9,879 nt of DNA, taken from NCBI RefSeq assembly GCF_006345805.1, contig NW_021827724.1, positions 1-9,879 of the forward strand. Direction: 5' to 3'. This stretch comes from Octopus sinensis (taxonomy: Eukaryota). Both the position numbers and the translations under genes were made by a program. Under the pieces are notes generated by a model, which saw nothing but the letters and a program-made list of their open reading frames with translations, was not told the origin of the DNA and ran no database searches. This document shows, one piece after another, positions 1-8,369 of the stretch (position 1 is its first letter; every line of letters begins with the position of its first letter).

Positions 1-266
1 TACAAATCGTTCACTCTCCGAGTATCCTCTGAGACAGAATGCTGTTGTATTTCGAAAAAAAAATGTTAACATTGCGTTGTATGTTACATTTCGAGAGAAT
101 TATTCTTATTCTCTTCACTCACTCGTTTCAACTTTTCTTTTTATTTGATCTCATAAACGACCAATTTTAGATATTAAACTTTCCATAACATAGCTCAAAC
201 AACTTAACCTTTCTGATAATAGATAAATGAAAATAAATTTAATAAGTAGATTTATTTTGAGTGTAA

Positions 267-298
<32 letters not shown>

Positions 299-394
299 AT
301 ATATATATATATATATAATACATAATATATATATATATGTGCATATATCATACATATAATACATACATATATATATATACATACAACGTACTAC

Positions 395-476
<82 letters not shown>
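267..476. repeat. Compound (TA)n microsatellite with TACA interruptions
   Basis: Long TA dinucleotide runs seen directly; source of the YI-rich ORFs at 151-351 and 348-626. Confidence 0.97.
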
Positions 477-478
<2 letters not shown>

Positions 479-483
479 ATATT

Positions 484-1153
484 TGGGTACAGGACGTCAA
501 AAGATCGTGAACAAAATGAGAAACGAGAACATACAAAACAAAAACATGGAAAACGATTTTTTTTTCGAACAACGAAAGAAACAAATAGAGAAATGAGACA
601 GGCAACATAAAGAACATTCCCTTCATCAGTTTTATCTACTCCGCGTTTCGAACGTAGGGGCAGGACGCGACTTCCTTAAAACAGTCGTTCCCGTAAAGAA
701 AATAAAAAAAAATTGGGATTTGTGGAGGGTTAAAGTAGTGACAAAAACAGGACAGTGACAAAAACAGGACAGTGACAAAAACAGGACAGTGTGAACAAAT
801 AGTAAAAACAAACGGGAAAGGCTGTTGAGCCATAACGAGGTAAAGTAGTGAACGCTGGAGAACCGAGCTTTGAGAAGAGACAGTCAAAAGCACGTCTTGT
901 CTTTAGGAAGGAAGTGGAAGAAAGAAAGATAGATAGCCGTTGGTCACGTATAAGCAATGAGAGAGTCAAGGAGGAAGCGTGAGTGAGAGAGAGGGAACGG
1001 TGAAGGGGGAGGAGAAGAGTTAGAAAAAGGTTGAGAGAGAAAAATAGAAAGGAAGAAGAAGAGAGGGAGATATAGAAGAGATAGGTTGTAGTGTGCGTAT
1101 CGGAATTATTAAGATAAAACTTACTTGGAAATGGATGCGTGGCGTTCGATCAT
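484..1153. mobile_element. Unclassified interspersed repeat bounded by (TA)n tracts, possibly a Penelope-like terminal region
   Basis: Complex sequence between two TA microsatellites; its first ~92 bp (484-575) recur at 1296-1393. The minus strand carries CGAAACGCG and CTGATGAAGG motifs. Family assignment is inference only. Confidence 0.4.
737..791 (+). repeat. 17-bp tandem repeat AGTGACAAAAACAGGAC x3.2
   Basis: Three exact units at 737-753, 754-770 and 771-787, plus AGTG. Confidence 0.97.
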
Positions 1154-1169
1154 ATAATAATAAAAATAA

Positions 1170-1208
1170 TATACATACACACATACACACACATATATAT
1201 ATATATAA

Positions 1209-1256
<48 letters not shown>

Positions 1257-1295
1257 ATATACCTACATATATATATGTATATATACATGCATATA
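1170..1295. repeat. Compound (TA)n/(CA)n/(TATG)n microsatellite
   Basis: Seen directly. Confidence 0.95.
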
Positions 1296-1393
1296 TGGGT
1301 ACAGGATGCCAAAACAAAAAAATCGCGAACAAAATGAGAAACAAGAACATAAGAAAGAAAAGCATGAAAAACGAACTTTTTTTCGAACAACGA
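1296..1393. repeat. Diverged direct copy of 484-575
   Basis: Shared TGGGTACAGGA...GAACAAAATGAGAAAC.AGAACATA...TTTTTTTCGAACAACGA; both copies start right after a TA-rich tract. Confidence 0.9.
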
Positions 1394-2069
1394 GACGACT
1401 AAGGTTTCACATGAACGGCTTTTAAGATACATATCATAACGGTCAAATTTTTCAAACTTTTGTCTCTTCTAGATTTTAAATATAACCAGATTTTAAACAT
1501 GTTGTGAACGCTAAGCTTTCATAGATTTCCTGAACTATTACCAAACCCATGAAAATAATTCATTTATAACGGCCGACTAATCATTTTTTACTATCTAACT
1601 TATCCTTCATTCATTTTATTAAATAATTCTTCCTTTGCATATTTAAATAACGTTCATTCCTTTTATTTAAATTTATATACTATTTTACATACATTCATAT
1701 TTTCTTTACTTTAAATATTATAACTTCTTACTTTACCATCATTTGTATGTTATTTTTATTTTTTATTTCATTTTATCTTTCTTACATCGATAATTCATAG
1801 CTAAATACATACGAATAATATATATGTTCTAACTTCTTAAACTTAGTTATTCATCTGCATCCTTTGGAGAAATATGTTAACCGTTATAGTATAAGCTCAT
1901 AAAGCCCTGGTGAAATTCTGCCCCATAGAGTGGAAAATGATGACCGATTCTTAGCATAAGACCCTACCCAAATGCTTACAATTATTTATCACTTGGAGGT
2001 ATAAATCGAAACATACATGTAGGTTTTTGGCACCTGCCATTTCTTTTAGAGCTTTATGATTTATGTGTT

Positions 2070-2097
2070 ATATATGTATGTATGTATGTATGTATAA

Positions 2098-2146
<49 letters not shown>
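2070..2146. repeat. (TATG)n followed by (CTA)n microsatellite
   Basis: Seen directly. Confidence 0.95.
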
Positions 2147-2157
2147 GAGACTGAATA

Positions 2158-2250
2158 TAATGCTTTCAAACATAGGCACAGAACGTAAAGATGGACGAAA
2201 TGTCGCTAATCATTTTGTCCGGCGTTCTAACGATTCTGCCAGCTCGCCGC
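2158..2250 (-). mobile_element. tRNA-derived SINE (family A), internally deleted copy
   Basis: Minus strand GCGGCGAGCTGGCAGAATCGTTAG...TCTTTACGTTCTG matches the heads of the copies at 3722-4206 (A-box-like TGGCAGAATCG at 2241-2231). It is joined directly to a TGTGCCTATGTTTGAAAGCATT tail resembling their tails. Confidence 0.8.
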
Positions 2251-2388
2251 TTTGAAAGCAGTGAATATAATGGCGATGCTCACGTGCATACGTAGACGAT
2301 AGCGACAACAGCGAAAATACCGATGATGGTGATATGATGAATGGATGGTGATGATAATAATGATGAGTTGCACACCGCCGCTGTCGCC

Positions 2389-2416
2389 GATGATGATGAT
2401 GATGATGACGATGATG
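2389..2416. repeat. (GAT)n microsatellite
   Basis: Seen directly. Confidence 0.95.
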
Positions 2417-2749
2417 AGGAGGGGGGGACAGATGTTCCTATTAACTTACAAAATGAAGGAAAATTAGAAGAAAACTTTTTTTTGCATGGAATCAAAGCCA
2501 AAGTCCAGTGAAAGATGTAGTTTAGCTGTGATTAACAACATCACACGTCACGCATTTCCAGAGATGATCATTCTGTTTTCTCTCGATGCACGCACAGTCA
2601 CTGCTCCCACCCCCGCTCGAAACCCTTATTATTTATATCCTCGTTACAAAATAGTTACAAGGCTATCAATGACGATACGCTTTCAAGCAAATTACAGTTA
2701 ATTTCTCATGGTTCCGGTGATAATTCACCAGAATCGTTGTATACAGCAA

Positions 2750-2864
2750 CATATACATAAACACATACACACACACACACGCACACGTATTCATATCCAC
2801 ACATATATACGTGTATTTGGGCTCATATTTACAGATGTAAATACGTGGTTATGCGTATATATAT

Positions 2865-2897
<33 letters not shown>

Positions 2898-2924
2898 CTC
2901 ATGCACATGCATACATGCACAAAC

Positions 2925-2957
<33 letters not shown>

Positions 2958-2970
2958 CACACCACACACA
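2750..2970. repeat. Cluster of (CA)n, (TA)n and (GACA)n microsatellites
   Basis: Seen directly, with short unique spacers. Confidence 0.85.
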
Positions 2971-3123
2971 CGTATCAGTCATGTTTTGTAGCTATTCTGA
3001 AGCGCATATTTAGCTGTTTAGTCTTGCGTAATAAAGAACAATATTTGTTGTTAGATACCCGTCTCCCATAAAACAAAAGATATCAACATCGCCATCGGTA
3101 ATAACCACAACAACAACAGCAGT

Positions 3124-3310
3124 GGAAGCGCAATGGCCAAGTGGTTAGGGCAGCGGACTCGTGGTCGTAAAAATGCGGTTTCGATACCTAGACCGAACAT
3201 TGTGAGTCTTTATTGAGCAAAAACACCTAAGCTCCACGAGTCACGGCGGTGTGTGTGTGTGAACCCCGCAGTATCCTTTCACCACAGCTTTCTCTCACTC
3301 TTTCTTCCTA
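3124..3310 (+). mobile_element. tRNA-derived SINE head and body (family C)
   Basis: Pol III A-box TGGCCAAGTGG (3134-3144) and B-box-like GGTTTCGATACC (3177-3188) at tRNA spacing, continuing into non-tRNA body sequence. I could not build a full cloverleaf. Confidence 0.8.
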
Positions 3311-3572
3311 CTTCTTTCACAAAGCAGAGGAACTATGGTGTGGTAAACTTCCACACCCTAGTCTAGATTGCGAATCTTCTGTACCCCAGGATGGTTCAGA
3401 TTTCCTCCCGTTAAAAGCCACCGTTTACGGAACGAGAATAACAACGTAGCTTTCGCGCCCGTGCAACCACCAGTCTATCGCGTGTGGTGGGTGGATCTTC
3501 AAGTTGCCACACGCATTCTTAGTAGCTTAGAGTAGGCTCGAATTAGAGATTATTCTTTGTGAGTCTTGATTG

Positions 3573-3666
3573 GAAGAAGAAGAAGAAGAAGGAGAAGGAG
3601 GAGGAGGAGAAGAAGAAGAAGAAGAAGAAGAAGAAGAAGAAAGAAGAAGAAGAAGAAGAAGAAGAC
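3573..3666. repeat. (GAA)n/(GGA)n microsatellite
   Basis: Seen directly; gives the poly-S/poly-L ORF at 3527-3745. Confidence 0.97.
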
Positions 3667-3721
3667 GACAACAATAGCACATAATCATCCTCATCAGAAG
3701 CAACAATACCAAAATACATAA

Positions 3722-3974
3722 TAAAATGGTTTCAAATATTGGCACAACACCAGAAATTTTGGTTGAGATGTAAGTCGACTACATTGACCCAGTGTTCAAA
3801 TGGTTCTTATTCTATCGACCCGAGTGTTCAACTGGTACTTATTTTATCGACTCCGAAAGGATGAAAGGACAAGTCAATCTCGGCAGAATTTGAACTCAGG
3901 ACGTAAAGACGGACAAGTTGCCACTAAGTATTTTGTCCGGCGCAATAACATTTCTATCAGCCCACCGCCTTACC
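3722..3974 (-). mobile_element. tRNA-derived SINE (family A), copy 1, with internal ~31-bp duplication
   Basis: Head GGTAAGGCGGTGGGCTGATAGAAATG, B-box GAGTTCAAATTCT (3897-3885), homologous along its length to 3990-4206; duplication at 3783-3811/3814-3843. Confidence 0.9.
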
Positions 3975-3989
3975 AACAAATACAATAAC

Positions 3990-4206
3990 TCTTTCTTTTA
4001 TAGACACAAGGCCGGAAATTTTGGGGACGCAGACTAGTCGATTGCATCGACCCCAGTACTTGACTTGTACTTATTTAATCGACCCAGGAAAGATGAAAGG
4101 CAAAGTCGACCTCGGCGGAATTTGAACTCAGGACTTAAAGACGGACGAGTTGTCACTTAGCATTTTGCCCGGCGCAGTTACGATTATGCTAGCCCACCGC
4201 CTTACC
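3990..4206 (-). mobile_element. tRNA-derived SINE (family A), copy 2
   Basis: A-box-like TAGCATAATCG (4191-4181), B-box GAGTTCAAATTCC (4129-4117); head-to-tail with copy 1. Confidence 0.9.
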
Positions 4207-4211
4207 AACAT

Positions 4212-4622
4212 TTGTCTTATGAAGAAAGGCTGAAGACGCTCGACCTTTATTCTCTAGAAAAACGACGACGCCGTGGTAATCTCATTCTTGCTCACAACAT
4301 CATAAGCGGAAAGTGTAATCTCTCGAAAGAGCTGTTCTTCACTCCTGCTCCAGAGCGTTGACTGCGGGGTCACTCCGAAAAGCTCTATCTGCGACGATTT
4401 CATCTCAATCGAAAGAGAGGGGCTTTCTCAGTCCGGGTTGCGGATCCGTGGAATAAGCTGCCGGACGAGATAGTGAAGATGCCGACGACCGCTCGGTTCA
4501 AAGTCTCTCTTGACCAGAAATGGCCTGAACTCTTTGCATGAACACCCTCCCTGTACATAACTCCATGTCCCCCTACATGGCCTTGCTTTTTGCTTTTTGA
4601 ACCAAAAAATTAACTTAACTTA
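4212..4622 (+). mobile_element. 5'-truncated CR1-clade LINE 3' end (ORF2 C-terminus, 3' UTR hairpin, TTAAC tail)
   Basis: Frame +3, 4212-4541, reads LSYEERLKTLDLYSLEKRRRRGNLILAHNIISG...R*LRGHSEKL...FSVRVADPWNKLP...FKVSLD, the typical CR1 ORF2 C-terminal pattern. One premature TGA at 4359-4361. Hairpin CCATGT/ACATGG (4563-4580) and tail TTAACTTAACTTA (4610-4622). Confidence 0.93.
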
Positions 4623-4640
4623 TATACAATAATAAAAATG

Positions 4641-4673
4641 TTATTGGTAATAATCCTTTCTACTATAGGCACA
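4641..4673 (-). mobile_element. Isolated 3' tail of SINE family A
   Basis: Minus strand TGTGCCTATAGTAGAAAGGATTATT resembles the tails of the copies at 3990 and 2158. Confidence 0.65.
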
Positions 4674-4723
4674 TACTATAAGTAATCTTGAGAATTCTTT
4701 TATCACACCTATTCGATGAATCC

Positions 4724-4947
4724 ACCGATAAGTTATAGGGACATAAACACACCAACATTGGCTTTCAAGTGATTCTGTGTGTAGTGGGGCGGGCAAAGAC
4801 ACATACACAAACACACATGTATATACAGCGGGATTCTTTTACTTTCCGTGTACCGAATCCACTCAGAAAGTGTTGGTCGGCCCGAGTCTCTATTGGAAGA
4901 CACCTGTCCAAGTGCCACGCAGTGAGATTGAACCTGGAACCATATGT
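4724..4947 (-). mobile_element. Truncated tRNA-derived SINE (family B) with CORE-like segment
   Basis: B-box GGTTCAATCTC (4934-4924) followed by GCGTGGCACTTGGACAGGTGTCTT (4920-4897), resembling the CORE-SINE motif, then a TG-rich internal tract; no A-box present. Confidence 0.7.
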
Positions 4948-4949
4948 TT

Positions 4950-5325
4950 TTTATTATGAGTGGCTATGGCTTTTACCATACTATGGGTTCTTATTTCTTT
5001 GTCCTTGGGGTTATCCTTTCGACGGATTTCATTATAGAGTGTCGTGTCCACAACATCATACCGTGATGACATTTTCGGACAACTGCTTATGATGTGGTTG
5101 ATATCTCTGGTGTTAACCCCACAAAGTCTGCATCGGTTGTCTCATTTTACTGGTTTTCATGCACCTCTATCCCTTTTGTGCATCAGGTACTTGGTTGATA
5201 TTTCGTGTTGTTGGATTGCAAACTCATATCCGTCAAAGTGGGAGGTAGTAATCCAGCTAATGGTCCATAATAGACTGCTTTGGTGATCAATGTTACTACC
5301 GGAGATTTCTACTAACATATCCATG
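4950..5325 (-). mobile_element. R4/Dong-like (RLE-type) non-LTR retrotransposon ORF fragment with CCHC zinc knuckle, pseudogenised
   Basis: One continuous minus frame joins ORFs 5157-5423 and 4890-5072 across stops at 5159-5157 and 5144-5142: SWITTSHFDGYEFAIQQHEISTKYL...DNRCRLCGVNTRDINHIISSCPKMSSRY. The CX2CX8HX4C motif (5132-5079) and the upstream EG(F/Y)xxAIQ-like motif are characteristic of R4/Dong; the usual RH(D/N) after the knuckle appears deleted. Confidence 0.85.
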
Positions 5326-5326
5326 C

Positions 5327-5357
<31 letters not shown>

Positions 5358-5389
5358 TGTATGTATGTATGTATGTTGTATGTATGCAT
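5325..5389. repeat. (TATG)n microsatellite
   Basis: Seen directly. Confidence 0.97.
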
Positions 5390-5499
5390 GTTTGTTCAGT
5401 TTAATTTCACGATTTCTTGTCAATAGAGAAAGAGCCAGTTTCTAACCTAGACTCAAGGCTCCTTCATTGAAAAATTTAACATCAACAACAAGGTATTTT
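5390..5499 (-). mobile_element. Probable LINE 3' terminal fragment with (CATA)n tail, inside a (CATA)n array
   Basis: A 110-bp complex island splitting one TATG microsatellite; the minus strand ends GAAATTAAACTGAACAAA, then CATA repeats. The link to the adjacent Dong-like element is inference from shared orientation and my recollection of similar repeats. Confidence 0.45.
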
Positions 5500-5612
5500 G
5501 TATGTATGTATGTATGTATGTATGTATGTATGTATGTATGTATGTATGTGCGTATGTAATAATATATTATATATATATATATATATATGCATACATATAT
5601 GTATATAAACAC

Positions 5613-5650
<38 letters not shown>
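5499..5650. repeat. (TATG)n, (TA)n and (CA)n microsatellites
   Basis: Seen directly. Confidence 0.95.
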
Positions 5651-5651
<1 letters not shown>

Positions 5652-6050
5652 GTGATGGCTTGTTGCCAACTTGATGTGGTAGTCCCAGGAAAGGTACTTT
5701 TGTTTGGCTTCAAGAAACACCGTTTCTATTTATCTACGCGACACAACCGTTCTGTGTCTTTAAGTTTTCAAACGGCAGAGTGATGGCTTCGGGGAAGATA
5801 TGAAATTTTGCTAAATGTAAACGTAGTTACTGCTTCTTAAAATACACCGCCATTCTCTCTTGTCCGTTCTGGCTTACCTTTTTCCTACATCCTTCTTTCC
5901 ATTTACAAGGCACACTACCAGCAACACTAGAACCCCACCACCGATACTACTACGACTAGCCTCATCTAATATTTACTGATCCTTTTCATCCCCTTCGTCA
6001 GCTGTAGCGACCCACAGTCGGTTACCCCTTAACATTACTAAATCTTTCTT

Positions 6051-6552
6051 TCACTCACTCACTCACACACTCACTCACTCACTCATTCACTCACTCACTA
6101 ACTCACTCGCTCGCTCCCTCACTCACTCACTCACTCACTCGCTCGCTCACTCACTAACTAACTCACTCACTCACTCACTCACTCGCTCGCTCGCTCACTC
6201 ACTCACTCACTCACTCAATCACTCACTCGCTCACTCACTCACTCACTCACTCGCTCGATCAGTCAGTCACTCACTCACTCACTCACTCGCTCACTCACTC
6301 ACTCACTCACTCACTCACTCACTCGCTCACTCACTCACTCACTCACTCGCTCGATCAGTCAGTCAGTCACTCACTCACTCACTCGCTCACTCACTCACTC
6401 ACTCACTCACTCACTCACTCACTCACTCACTCACTCACTCACTCACTCGCTCGCTCGATCAGTCAGTCACTCACTCGCTCGATCAGTCACTCACTCATTC
6501 GCTCGCTCGATCAGTCACTCACTCACTCGCTCGCTCGATCAGTCACTCGCTC
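6051..6552. repeat. ~500-bp (TCAC)n satellite-like array with TCGC, CTAA and GATCAGTCA variants
   Basis: Seen directly. Confidence 0.97.
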
Positions 6553-6576
6553 GCTTCGGCGGCGCCGGCGATCACT

Positions 6577-7033
6577 ATGATGATGATCACGATGACGATA
6601 ACAATGATAAGAATGATAACAACAACAACGACAGCGACAATGAGGATGATGACAATAATGAGGATGACAAAGACGGCGCTATTGTTGTGGATGAAGATGA
6701 TGATGATGAGTATGATAACGATAATGATGATGACAGTGTTGATGTTGCTGTAGATGATGATGATGATGATGATGGTGGTGATGATGACGATGATGATGAT
6801 GATGATGGTGGTGGTGATGATGATAATGATGGTGGTGGTGATGATGATGATGATGATGAAGAAGAAGAAGACGACGAAGAAGAAGACGACGACGACGACG
6901 AAGAAGAAGACGACGACGACGACGACGAAGAAGAAGAAGAAGAAGAAGAAGAAGAAGAAGAAGAAGAAGAAGAAGAAGAAGAAGAAGAAGAAGAAGAAGA
7001 AGAAGACGACGACGACGATGATAATGATGATGC
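6577..7033. repeat. Compound trinucleotide tract (GAT/GGT/GAC/GAA)n
   Basis: Seen directly; source of three overlapping low-complexity ORFs. Confidence 0.97.
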
Positions 7034-7469
7034 CTCACAAGTAAAGGGAGTGTGTCCATAGTACCAGCTCTCCGACTACTTTACCTGAATGTCTCCTCCT
7101 CCTCCTCCTCCATTTCGTCTGCATACAGTAATTACCTTTCTACATCCCAATAATAGGTGACTTACCTTCCGAAAAATACGACCTCCTTATATTCACCGTG
7201 CTTTTAATCTGTTATTCTCTAACGGTTATTCTTCCGGTATTGCTATTGTTATATTAACAATCAGTGGCTGTGATTACCAATGTGCTGTTGGTTAGGGTTG
7301 CTGTCTCGTATAATACGTGAATGTGACTACGAGAGTGTTAAGATTAAGTATGAGTTTTTGAGGAGTATAAAATATTTCAGTTATTGAGACACACAGGATA
7401 TTAAACAGTTAAGAAGTTAGAAAAAGTGGTTCGAGTTACAAATAAACTGCGTGAATGAGTGTGTTCATG

Positions 7470-7481
7470 CGTGTGTGTGTA

Positions 7482-7517
<36 letters not shown>

Positions 7518-7519
7518 GT

Positions 7520-7548
<29 letters not shown>
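7470..7548. repeat. (GT)n microsatellite
   Basis: Seen directly. Confidence 0.97.
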
Positions 7549-7550
<2 letters not shown>

Positions 7551-7869
7551 ATGTCTTTGTGTCAATGTTTCTACCTTTATTTCCAGCAGGTAGACATACT
7601 TAGTAAGTCCTGTGACTAATTTTTATCCTTCAGCTATTTAATACTTTTTGGGCCTGCAATCGCTTATTTTATTGATTCTGTTATTATCGTTTATAATTGT
7701 TAAACTGGGTAATAATAGAGTCAATAATATCTTTGCAAATATTTTCTCCTGAATTATTTGCTCCTTAGTGAAATTATTTTCACACTAGTGGCTGCCACGA
7801 TTCGGCGCAAAACGAATCAGTTGCAGCGCAGACTTCAACGTGACGGGTTGGGGCTTTCCATCATGGAAA

Positions 7870-7922
7870 CGCGTACTGAGGAAGGTGGGGCTATAATGCC
7901 AGTCCAGAAACCGGCCTACACG
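7870..7922 (+). ncRNA. Degenerate minimal type I hammerhead ribozyme motif
   Basis: Helix I CGCGUA (7870-7875)/UACACG (7917-7922), 5 of 6 pairs; CUGAGGA (7876-7882); imperfect helix II; GAAAC (7907-7911); then CG-GCC where GUC is expected (U16.1 replaced by C). Confidence 0.6.
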
Positions 7923-8285
7923 AGTCCAAATACTTGAATGTATGTTGAGAGATTGTCTTAGTCCGTTTGCCCGCAGACGGTTGATTTCTGTAGTATTTAT
8001 CAGTGTTTTTTCGGAGATTTAAATAGGAGTTTTGACTGTTATTTCTTACAGGTAGAAATACCTGCACAATTAAAGGTTACAAACCTCATTCAGGGATAGC
8101 AAAATCCTATGAAAGTACTGCTTAATTACCTATACAAAGAGTATTGAACATTCTACTTAATACTCCCCTGCAAGGTAAGGATATAAACCGTGGTTTATAT
8201 ATATTTTATTTATTGTAATAATAAGATGGGAGAATAGGAAAGTAATTAATAAATTATTATTTATTAATTAAAAAATTGACAAACA

Positions 8286-8369
8286 TTCCTTACATCTGTT
8301 TCGATTCAGGCTCTCATAAAATTAATTAATTAAATTAAAAATCATTTGAAACTCGAATCTCTTCAGAAG
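8286..8369 (-). ncRNA. Type I hammerhead-like motif, left arm
   Basis: CUGAAGA (8366-8360), helix II GAUUCG/UGAAUC, GAAAC (8302-8298), loop AGAU, GUA cleavage triplet (8293-8291); helix I only ~3 bp. Confidence 0.55.

Noticed and set aside
612-660. Type II hammerhead from GAAACGCGGAGUA...CUGAUGA on the minus strand
   Set aside because: Only 6 nt lie between the putative cleavage triplet and CUGAUGA, so helix I cannot form; helix II pairing is poor.
737-791. CRISPR array
   Set aside because: Direct tandem units with no spacers, in eukaryotic-type DNA with no cas genes.
151-1432. Several 66-110 aa ORFs rich in YI/IY
   Set aside because: Translations of TA/CA microsatellites and flanking repeats; no recognisable domain.
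1397-1475. Complete hammerhead from CUAGAAGA...GAAACCUUAGUC (minus)
   Set aside because: The core needs an indel, and neither helix I nor helix II pairs convincingly.
3124-3195. Functional tRNA gene
   Set aside because: A and B boxes are present, but I find no acceptor stem or complete cloverleaf, and it continues into a repeat body; a SINE head fits better.
5651-5789. 11-bp direct repeat AGTGATGGCTT as a TSD, and MACCQLDVVVPGK as an exon
   Set aside because: No element hallmarks between the repeats, a weak donor and no recognisable protein similarity.
6679-7061. Poly-Asp/Glu, poly-Leu/His and poly-Met/Lys ORFs
   Set aside because: Frames stay open only because of trinucleotide repeats; there is no complex sequence or splice context.
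7160-7340. Minus-strand exon with donor AAG|GTAAGT at 7165 and a cadherin-like LVITATD peptide
   Set aside because: Stops occur in all frames, there is no good acceptor, and other cadherin motifs are absent.
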